From assembly GCA_016839805.1 (NCBI GenBank), contig JAEOTO010000022.1, positions 38,881 through 102,880 on the forward strand: 64,000 nucleotides of DNA. The letters run 5' to 3'. The translations under genes were made by a program, and so were the position numbers. The notes beneath the pieces are model-generated. The model was not told the origin of the DNA. It saw nothing but the letters and a program-made list of their open reading frames with translations, and ran no database searches. This document shows positions 50,539 through 58,477 of the stretch, piece by piece. Each line of letters starts with the position of its first letter. The first letter of the stretch is position 1. This DNA comes from Candidatus Hermodarchaeota archaeon (GTDB lineage: Archaea > Asgardarchaeota > Hermodarchaeia > Hermodarchaeales > Hermodarchaeaceae).

Positions 50539-52143
50539 TTAGATGAGTCCGATCGTTTTTTGCCATACTGTGGATGTAGGTTTCTGATCCGCCCAAAGTC
50601 GAAGATTCAAAATAACCTGTTTTGCAGCCTGAGGCATTGAGACGTTTAAATGCACGTTAACCGGTGCATTCAAACGTGGTGTAAACGGTTCAATTGCCAC
50701 GACCTGGTCCATCAATCCATCCGAAAGGGTGACCGTCATCACCATTTGATCAAGTGGATAAGATCCTGTCCGTGAAGGAGTTAATGAGACAGTCATAGGT
50801 AACCGACTCCCCCGAGGTACGGCATCAGGAACCTTCACATGAAGTTGTGCCGGGGCTGCACTTAGTCGAGGTGCCCCAGAATCAGGGACACTTATTACAC
50901 GGCTAACCTTCCAATTGGTGTTGATTTTCGGCTCCGATTTCCCGCGCTTCTTCTCGTCAATAAATTTCGCCCGATAATACCAACTTACTTTGAATTCTTG
51001 ACGAATCCGCGTATCCATCCAATTTCCAATAATCAATGGAAGATGACGATTGGTGACACCCAATAAACCCATTGATCCATGCCAGGTGGGATCAACAGGA
51101 ATCCATTGACCACGAAGCCAAATCTGACTCCAAGCATGGCGTTCCCACGCCTTGCCGTCAAAAGCCAATCCTGCTTCTAACCGGGCAGGAATTTTATTTG
51201 CACGGCACAACGCCGTAAACAACGCTGCATATTCTGTGCAATCCCCGACTTGATTTTCAATGGCATACGCTGCTCCCCTTTCATATTTTTGCGGGGTATA
51301 CCTCATCTTGTTAGTAACCGTCTGCATCGCAGCTTTAGTGTACTGAATTGGAGTTTTGTGCACCTTAGCTAGATCTCGGGCTAAGTCTTTGATTAAATGG
51401 TGGTGGCTTTCAATGAAGTTCTCTGGTTTCGTATATCGTTCGATATGCTGTGGAACCTCTGAACTAAGTGTGGTTGGGGGAAGATTGTATCGAACGGCAC
51501 GGTTGCGTACCAATGCTGTATAGCCACATTTGAACACTTTTCCTACCGGTAAGACGTCATGCGAAAATCGGATCCAGTTATTTCCGATGAGATCATTTTG
51601 TTCGCGACCTGATGTTGGAGAAAACTTAACATCGAGGATGTCCTGGCGAGGTGGTATCGATGGGGGCATCGCTATGAATGCGTTAATGTTTCCAATTTCA
51701 TATGGCGTACGATTCTTGAGGCTAACCGTATAGTTCACTCGGTGAATGACGATTGGTGGATGTCCAGCTTTAACAAAGAAGCAGCCCAAAACGTGGTGAT
51801 TATCTGGCGGGCCTTTGTTAGGGTCTTTGTCGACAACAAGCTTCTTGATTTTAGTTTCTTGAAATGCAACGAGAACGGTGTAGATGCCAGAAAGAAGGGT
51901 TTTCTTGGTTGGTAAGGAAAATTGTCCAAAATTCGTCTTGTCAAACCGGAAGGGTACTTTACTGATGGGCTTTCCAAAGGGATCGACGATATAGACTATA
52001 CCAGTGTCAATTTTCATGTTAGTGGTGACGGAACTGGTACGTGTCAGCTGAATAGTGATGGATTGACCAGCATTTACGCTTGGCATTCCATCATGACGGG
52101 ATGAAGTGATAATCTGCAAGGACACAGGAAGACCCTTTTTCAT
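50539..52143 (-). CDS. transglutaminase-like (Cys-His-Asp) protein with flanking beta-sandwich-like domains
   Basis: GDCTEYA.LF.ALCRA..IPAR, HAW, W.PVDPTW; ATGA overlap with the upstream gene. Confidence 0.85.
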   Translation of the reverse strand: MKKGLPVSLQIITSSRHDGMPSVNAGQSITIQLTRTSSVTTNMKIDTGIVYIVDPFGKPISKVPFRFDKTNFGQFSLPTKKTLLSGIYTVLVAFQETKIKKLVVDKDPNKGPPDNHHVLGCFFVKAGHPPIVIHRVNYTVSLKNRTPYEIGNINAFIAMPPSIPPRQDILDVKFSPTSGREQNDLIGNNWIRFSHDVLPVGKVFKCGYTALVRNRAVRYNLPPTTLSSEVPQHIERYTKPENFIESHHHLIKDLARDLAKVHKTPIQYTKAAMQTVTNKMRYTPQKYERGAAYAIENQVGDCTEYAALFTALCRANKIPARLEAGLAFDGKAWERHAWSQIWLRGQWIPVDPTWHGSMGLLGVTNRHLPLIIGNWMDTRIRQEFKVSWYYRAKFIDEKKRGKSEPKINTNWKVSRVISVPDSGAPRLSAAPAQLHVKVPDAVPRGSRLPMTVSLTPSRTGSYPLDQMVMTVTLSDGLMDQVVAIEPFTPRLNAPVNVHLNVSMPQAAKQVILNLRLWADQKPTSTVWQKTIGLI

Positions 52144-52532
52144 AATGCTTTTCCTTCATCATCTGGATCTGAATCGTTGGGTTCCCTCTCCTTATCTTGG
52201 AGAATAACTACTTTTCCTCCTTTCTTCTTTGGGGGTCCCATTCGCTGAACATTCCCAAGAATCACAATACTAGACCCTTCTTCACCCATCATTTCATCAT
52301 TTGTTGGTCGGGGACCAAGGAACTGGGTGAAATGAGGAGGGTGTGGTTCAACTCCTCTGACAATAGTTCCGGGACAGATACCATCTCCAGATTCTAAGAA
52401 AATCACTCGGCAGTTAGGGCACATATAGCTTCCACAGGTTGTGCAAATCCACCAAGTCCTTCGTGCTTCATCAAGTGGAACTTGGGCATCACAGGCAACA
52501 CATTTCATTTGTGAGGCGCCGTACACACTCAC
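52140..52532 (-). CDS. RING-like zinc-finger protein (putative E3) with disordered SIM-like tail
   Basis: CVAC-x15-CTTC-x4-CPNC-x11-CP...H; tail contains SIVIL and KVVILQD plus acidic residues. Confidence 0.65.
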   Translation of the reverse strand: MSVYGASQMKCVACDAQVPLDEARRTWWICTTCGSYMCPNCRVIFLESGDGICPGTIVRGVEPHPPHFTQFLGPRPTNDEMMGEEGSSIVILGNVQRMGPPKKKGGKVVILQDKEREPNDSDPDDEGKAL

Positions 52533-52756
52533 TCTTCAGGCTCCTCCTTATCTGGATGTTTGCGGGCTCGGTGAACTTTCACATCAAAATGAGGAGAAAA
52601 GTTTGGGGGACGTTCTTCTTCAAATGGAATATCCCGTTCTTCTAAGATGACGATACGATTCAATGAGGATGGGTGCTCTGATGGATCTTGATTATCCTTA
52701 TCAGATTCATGCTTCTCTTTTTCTACCTTAGGTGGGGGTTCCGTCATCTTGAGCAC
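52529..52756 (-). CDS. small acidic/disordered protein with RIVILEE motif
   Basis: 75 aa ORF abutting the E2 stop and overlapping the next start (GTGA); fills the operon gap. Confidence 0.55.
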   Translation of the reverse strand: MLKMTEPPPKVEKEKHESDKDNQDPSEHPSSLNRIVILEERDIPFEEERPPNFSPHFDVKVHRARKHPDKEEPEE

Positions 52757-53521
52757 CTAACTTTCTTCATCTTTATCAGAATTCTCTAGGATTCGGACTT
52801 TTGTTTGAAATCGCCTTTCCGGATCTTGGAGGATACGGGGAGGTCGTCGACTCGGGCTAGCTTCTGTGGATTGCGGTTCTAAAATTGTCACACGACCCTC
52901 TCTAGGTGGTGAAGGTGCTCCTATTTGGTGCCTTTCCTCCCAAAGACGCTCCAAAGTATTCACGATATTTTCTGAATCCTTCTCATACCAAGCCATTGCC
53001 ATACTGTTAAGCCCATGATCGGATTGGAATTGTGATGGTGGTTCAACACGATCAGGCTTTAGTAAAATAAAGAAAGGCAAGTCTTCTAGAATTCGATCCA
53101 ATTCTCCTCTGACTGAATAACATGCTTGTCCCTTTCCACTGGCAGCTAACCGGGGATGATAAAGCTGAGTTTCCGCTGCGGGACGAATCGAGCCAATATT
53201 TTGGGGATATTCTCGGGGAAGATCAAAGATAAACCGATGTTCATACTGAATGGCTCGCTGGTCGGTCAGCGTTCCTGGCTCATGAATATACCCGGGAAGA
53301 TTTCGCATAGTAAACTGAACGCGTTTATAGGCTCCATCTCGGTATCGGGCACTAATCGCGACCGTGAAATCAGAATTACTCCAACTAGTATCCTCACGCC
53401 GTGGTGGATCGGGAGGCCAACCCCGGCGTCCATACAAATTATTCATGGTATCAAAGAACGTCTGGATTTGTGTTTCGACTCGGGCGTTAAAGAGTTCCGG
53501 TGAAAACACTGGTCGTGTCAT
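52757..53521 (-). CDS. UBC/E2-like ubiquitin-conjugating enzyme
   Basis: F.FDLPREYP, TQLYHPRL...GQAC (HPN-like motif plus catalytic Cys), LN..A..WY; disordered C-terminal tail. Confidence 0.8.
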   Translation of the reverse strand: MTRPVFSPELFNARVETQIQTFFDTMNNLYGRRGWPPDPPRREDTSWSNSDFTVAISARYRDGAYKRVQFTMRNLPGYIHEPGTLTDQRAIQYEHRFIFDLPREYPQNIGSIRPAAETQLYHPRLAASGKGQACYSVRGELDRILEDLPFFILLKPDRVEPPSQFQSDHGLNSMAMAWYEKDSENIVNTLERLWEERHQIGAPSPPREGRVTILEPQSTEASPSRRPPRILQDPERRFQTKVRILENSDKDEES

Positions 53522-53580
53522 GATCTATCTCCACATCTACCTTGATTCCTCGGAAAGGATATTTAGTCAATTCTAAGATA

Positions 53581-53904
53581 TTAGAATCCCACTTCAGGCA
53601 CTACATCGAGGAGGAAGAACTCATCATCTGAAATTTTGGGATCTAGTTCGCCAAAGGTGGCACCAGGGCTTAGTCGAGTGGGTTCCGGGGCTTTGCGGAT
53701 TAAGACAAACTCAGGACGTTGGTCACCAATTTTTGCCTTCGCCCAATCGTCAATACTTACACCTTCATCTCGAGCTTGGGTGACGAGGGTGCGGATGACT
53801 TCTTCAACTCGAGTGTCTTCATCAATCCCAATGCGAAATTCCTTTTGGCGAGGTTCAACGTCAACAATGATTGAGCGCCAAAAACCTTCTTCACTGCTCA
53901 TCAT
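53581..53904 (-). CDS. ubiquitin-like (beta-grasp) protein ending ...PEVG-F
   Basis: Beta-beta-alpha pattern (IIVDV..FRIGI.EDTRVEEVIRTL); LSPGATFGEL...ISDDEFFLL echoes ubiquitin [20 protein letters not shown]; penultimate Gly; first gene of the E2 operon. Confidence 0.7.
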   Translation of the reverse strand: MMSSEEGFWRSIIVDVEPRQKEFRIGIDEDTRVEEVIRTLVTQARDEGVSIDDWAKAKIGDQRPEFVLIRKAPEPTRLSPGATFGELDPKISDDEFFLLDVVPEVGF

Positions 53905-54144
53905 AAGTTACCTCAAAGGGAAGACGTGTATCACCCACTTTAACTTTTCTTGATAATTAGCCCGCTTCTCGTCCCTGTTTATTCAAGAAAGAAATAAGGT
54001 CGGTTCCAAAACAAGTTTAAATGGCGCCTTGCTCTCCGGTTAAGTGAAAGTTTAAGAGTCACGGGCTAGTTTGAGCTAGTGAACTTAGTCATCGCATAAG
54101 ATGTAATTAACTACACAATAACCCGCGGGAGATTAGTCGGCGAA
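53905..54144. promoter_or_regulatory. divergent promoter region shared by the Ubl operon and the SMC operon
   Basis: 240-bp head-to-head gap with TATA-like elements (TTTAAC near 53939, TTTAAAT near 54016, TTTAAG near 54051). Confidence 0.45.
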
Positions 54145-57045
54145 ATGACACCTAGGCAAGAGCCATCACCCTCAATATCACCCTTAGTATTTCGTAAGCT
54201 ACGCCTAGTGAACTTTGTCATTCACCGTGATACAACCATTCAGTTGGATAGCGCTCCCATCACATTAATCACAGGTTCCAATGGCAGTGGAAAAACTCTC
54301 ATCCTCGATGCATTACTCTTTGCCATTGGGGTTGATTCTCGCCGCGCGCAACGGCAACGAAACGCGGCCTTCATTGGACAATTTGATAAACATGCTGAAG
54401 TCAATTTAGAACTCAACAACTTCCAACTCAACGGTCGGCGTGTCCTACGGAGCCCAGACCCAAGCTTATCAAAGCTCCTTAATAATGACGTAGTGACGAT
54501 TCGCCTTCGAATTTACCCAGGTAATCGGATCGCCTATTGGCTCAATGAGCAACGTTCCATCAACGGTCACCCGATAACCCGAAAGGATATCCGGAAACTC
54601 TTTCGAGCAGCTGGTCTTTTTGGTGACTCTCCTTTAGCCATTACAGAAGCAGAAACTTTAGACCATTTTGCCTCGCAATCACCTCGCCGCAAATTCGAGA
54701 CATTACTCAATGAAACCGGGTTACGAAACTGGATGGAGAAACTTGAAGAAGCCCGACTCCTAGTCCTTCAAGCCCAGGCAAACGTCAAACCCCTCCAATA
54801 TCGTATTCGACATGAAGAACAACGCCTTCAACTCTTAAAAACCGCCTACGCAGCCTTTCAACAAAAACAACAACTCCAAGAACGCCTCCAAGAACTCGAC
54901 CTTGAAGCAGCTTGGTCAGAAGTAGCTTATCGAGAAGGATTGGTTGAACAACTTCAATCGCAGATGAATGAAATTCAAGCTCAATTTACTATGGAACGTG
55001 AAAAATTAACAAAGCTTGATAATCGAAGAGCTGAACTCGTTTCAAAGTATGAAACTGTACAACAGCAACGACAAAAGCTTCAAACCACAATGGAGACAGT
55101 TCGCGATCAGCTTATGCAAGCGAAAGGACACCGGCTAGGACTCGAAAACGAACTAACCAGTGTCAATACGCAAATGAAACGTTACACAACAACCAAACGT
55201 CGAAAACCTGCGAAAACCAAACACGAGACTTTACAACGCGAATTTGCTGCTTTCACCAAGGAACGTGATGACCTTGATGATCAATTAGATAACTTGCGTC
55301 AAGATATCGCTTTCACAGAGGAGGAATTATTTACTACACCACAACGGTTTCCACGTTTCGAAGAAAGTATCCTGCGTGCTTGTCAACGATATCGTGAAGA
55401 ATTAGACAAGATCGCACTATCGGCTTCAGTAATTGGTCCTCTGTTCTCTCTTATACAGATGAAACGTGATTATGAGGAGTATGAAACTGCCGTCAAGCTC
55501 GCAATGGGTAGGTACACTTACGCATTCATCGCCTTGGATCGTAATGCTTTCAGTGAAGCTAAGAGCTTATTCGATCGCCTTTGGCCTTCTGAAAAACCAG
55601 ATTTAGTGGTAGCTCGGACCAACCCAACAACCGCGGTAACTCACGATCGTCCTGAAGTATCTCCACCTGTTTTTGGTTGGGCTGCAGATCTAATTGAAGG
55701 GGATGTTTATGCAGTTAGTTTTCTCAGTCGTGTTGTTAATACAGCAGTCGCTGAAGAATCTGCAGATCCCAACGAGTTAGTTGATGCCACCCAACAATTG
55801 AAAGGAAATATCATCACGAGTGATGGGACGAGTTTTTACCTGCGAATTGGGGCTTTCGCCCGACCACCTCGCCCTGTAACCGTCCGGTTATCTACTGCTC
55901 TCCGGGAATTAGGACTGACTCAGGAAAGTAGTGTAATTAGACAACGGCTTCGAAAATCACGAGAAGACGAAGCCCGTTTAATGCAAGATCGCATGCGCTT
56001 GAATTCTGAAATTAGCCAACTACGCTTACAGCTTCAGGATTTACGGCAAGCAGGTTCCGCTGCCTTATCTGATGAAGAACGCACCTCGATTCTAGTGGAT
56101 TTAGAACGGCGTTCAGCAGACCTGCAACAGCAGATACTAGAATTAGATGTACGCTGTGATACCCTTGCCCAAGATAGCCAGGTTTGCAATTCTGATATGC
56201 TTCCCTTAATTTCTCGAATGCAAAAGTTGGACAGACAATTAGAAAATTTAGATCATCGCCGGTCGCGGCGGACAGCTGAGGTTGAACGAATTACTGACGA
56301 ACTTCGTCAACGTGAGGAAGAATTTACACACCTCAATACACAAGTGAAAGAGTTTCGAAAAAATGCGGAGAAGCTGGGTAATCGTCCTGCAAGCATACGA
56401 ACCCCCTCGGCTGTAAGAGACGAGCAATTACAGCTTCAGGCAATGATTGAAACAATTACAGCGACGGCAGAGGACCTTCATGCCTTCGAAACACAAGAAG
56501 AAATTGTCCAACAACTTCATGATTACCTAAAAGAGCGTAAACTACATTTAGAAAATTTGATGACGGATGTCGACAGGCGCTTAATCAAATGGCGAGAAGA
56601 ACTCGAAACGACAATTGAGAAATTAAACCAGCGAATGAATCAACTCCTCAGCCACTTCCTCAAACAGGTAAAACTCCAAGTTCGGTATCCTGATGAACCT
56701 AGCCGGGCAGAACTGAATCTCCAACTAGCGATTAACCGGAAAGAACAATGGCGAACCTATCAAGAGATGTCTGGCGGCGAACGGGTCCTAGCCACCCAAA
56801 CCTTTATCCTCGCACTTCACACTTTGGCGAAAAGCCCTCTGCACGTTATTGATGAATTTACCCAACGATTAGACGAAGCTAGTCGGGCAGCAGTTCTCAG
56901 TGTGGTTCAACGTACTCTCGATTTAACTCACATTGAGACGCTCATTCATCCCCAGTTCCTACTTATGGCTCCCTCTACCGTTGGTCTTCAGATTCCAGAG
57001 ACCATGCATCATATCATTTTGCTCAAAGGACAGGTGAAACCATGA
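54145..57045 (+). CDS. SMC-family ATPase, Smc5/6-like
   Basis: Walker A GSNGSGKT; two long coiled coils; central hinge VIGPLFSLI...AVKLAMG...AF; signature MSGGER; Walker B HVIDEF; D-loop TQRLD; QFLLMAP. Confidence 0.88.
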   Translation: MTPRQEPSPSISPLVFRKLRLVNFVIHRDTTIQLDSAPITLITGSNGSGKTLILDALLFAIGVDSRRAQRQRNAAFIGQFDKHAEVNLELNNFQLNGRRVLRSPDPSLSKLLNNDVVTIRLRIYPGNRIAYWLNEQRSINGHPITRKDIRKLFRAAGLFGDSPLAITEAETLDHFASQSPRRKFETLLNETGLRNWMEKLEEARLLVLQAQANVKPLQYRIRHEEQRLQLLKTAYAAFQQKQQLQERLQELDLEAAWSEVAYREGLVEQLQSQMNEIQAQFTMEREKLTKLDNRRAELVSKYETVQQQRQKLQTTMETVRDQLMQAKGHRLGLENELTSVNTQMKRYTTTKRRKPAKTKHETLQREFAAFTKERDDLDDQLDNLRQDIAFTEEELFTTPQRFPRFEESILRACQRYREELDKIALSASVIGPLFSLIQMKRDYEEYETAVKLAMGRYTYAFIALDRNAFSEAKSLFDRLWPSEKPDLVVARTNPTTAVTHDRPEVSPPVFGWAADLIEGDVYAVSFLSRVVNTAVAEESADPNELVDATQQLKGNIITSDGTSFYLRIGAFARPPRPVTVRLSTALRELGLTQESSVIRQRLRKSREDEARLMQDRMRLNSEISQLRLQLQDLRQAGSAALSDEERTSILVDLERRSADLQQQILELDVRCDTLAQDSQVCNSDMLPLISRMQKLDRQLENLDHRRSRRTAEVERITDELRQREEEFTHLNTQVKEFRKNAEKLGNRPASIRTPSAVRDEQLQLQAMIETITATAEDLHAFETQEEIVQQLHDYLKERKLHLENLMTDVDRRLIKWREELETTIEKLNQRMNQLLSHFLKQVKLQVRYPDEPSRAELNLQLAINRKEQWRTYQEMSGGERVLATQTFILALHTLAKSPLHVIDEFTQRLDEASRAAVLSVVQRTLDLTHIETLIHPQFLLMAPSTVGLQIPETMHHIILLKGQVKP

Positions 57046-57839
57046 TGGATACTAATGATACCTCAGTACATCGCCGTGTTTTTTCTGATCGTAAGATATG
57101 GCGAAAAACCTCGAAACGAAATTACAAGAAATATCGTGTCCCCTCTTATGGTACAAAGAGTGTCATCATCACTCTTTGGGATTTAACAAAGAAATACGAA
57201 ATTGCCTTGAAGCATAAAGAGGTATTTCCGATCAAAGAGTCTGAGATTGACCGTGAAGAAGTCACTGATGCATTTCATCTCCTGGAAACTCCTTGGGAAC
57301 GAAATCTTGATGGTCGATTTTATCACACTCTTTCCACTATGGTCCATCGCCGTGATTCTCAACTGGCTACCCCTGAAATCACATCCGAGCAATGGATTCA
57401 TCAGTTCGCAAATGTCGTCAAACGTCGGGCAACCCCATTACTTTTTCTTATCAGCCCTGAGCGATCCGTGCCACCTTTTGATCTACCACCAGTTGATTCT
57501 CCTGTCACACTAGCTGAACCACCTTCCCGTGATGACCGCATCGCATTGCAGAAGCATAAAGTGCCATTCGAAGAAGTTTCATTCACCTCATTAGAAACCC
57601 GGCGGAGTAGATTAGTCAAACGTTTACAGGGAAAACGATTCAAGTACTCGGAGTTAGCTGACCATCTCTCCAATTGGGAACTAGACCTTCTTAGCCAGAT
57701 GATCCGGGATAATTCCTTACCAGCGATTTTTGATAAAACCTCGGTAACGTTTCGTGAAGTGGCGTTCTCCAAATCAAATTCTGCATTCTCAGCTGTGGCA
57801 ATTGCAGCAAAGAAGTACGAGGAGGTCACGTCGCAATGA
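57042..57839 (+). CDS. putative kleisin (ScpA/Nse4-like) subunit
   Basis: Directly after SMC with ATGA overlap; helical N-part, Pro-rich linker, C-terminal winged-helix-like VSFTSLETRRSRLVKRL...FKYSEL; assignment is mostly positional. Confidence 0.45.
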   Translation: MMDTNDTSVHRRVFSDRKIWRKTSKRNYKKYRVPSYGTKSVIITLWDLTKKYEIALKHKEVFPIKESEIDREEVTDAFHLLETPWERNLDGRFYHTLSTMVHRRDSQLATPEITSEQWIHQFANVVKRRATPLLFLISPERSVPPFDLPPVDSPVTLAEPPSRDDRIALQKHKVPFEEVSFTSLETRRSRLVKRLQGKRFKYSELADHLSNWELDLLSQMIRDNSLPAIFDKTSVTFREVAFSKSNSAFSAVAIAAKKYEEVTSQ

Positions 57840-58477
57840 CAACAGATCCAGCAGAACCTAAAGATACAACTCTTGTGATAGAAGAAGCAGAAGATGAAGC
57901 ACTGGAACAACGCCATCTCCTAGGTCAACTCTTTGCCGCACTCACAGCTCGATATCGTGATGATGATGGCCATCTGAATGTCGGTGTAAAACGCCAAGAT
58001 TTACTTGAAGCACTCCACGTAAATAAGACCGGGTTAAACCGCCTTCTCGACCTGCTCCGCCAACAAATTACATCACTCGGGCTGGAACTTGTTGAATATC
58101 GCCTTGGTCGAGACACCCTCTATTGCATTCGAACACTCTATGGTGTTCCCGGGGAACTCACAGATCCTGAATACGCAGTCTTAGGTGTCATTATTGCCAC
58201 CATTGAGCAGGCAAGCAAAAGGCGGCGACCTCGTCGAATTGCCACAAAAGATCTCGAAACTATGCTAGTAGCCCGGGGGCGAATTTCCCGCTACCAACTG
58301 GATCGAATTCTACGCCGGCTCATCGAATTAGGTTATGTCACCCGAACTGCTCGATGCATCGCCTATGGACCACGCTTAGAACTAGAATTTGATGCGGAAC
58401 GCCGTGAAGCCATCGCGAGTGCTGCCACAATATACCTTGCTGGAGCCATCGCCCAATCAGAAGGTGACACCGAATGA
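57836..58477 (+). CDS. KITE-family tandem winged-helix protein (Nse1/Nse3-MAGE/ScpB-like)
   Basis: L...I.SLGLELVE, LT..E.A.L..I, L.RL.ELGYV and YGPRL.LE resemble Nse1/MAGE WH-A/WH-B motifs; ATGA overlap. Confidence 0.65.
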   Translation: MTTDPAEPKDTTLVIEEAEDEALEQRHLLGQLFAALTARYRDDDGHLNVGVKRQDLLEALHVNKTGLNRLLDLLRQQITSLGLELVEYRLGRDTLYCIRTLYGVPGELTDPEYAVLGVIIATIEQASKRRRPRRIATKDLETMLVARGRISRYQLDRILRRLIELGYVTRTARCIAYGPRLELEFDAERREAIASAATIYLAGAIAQSEGDTE

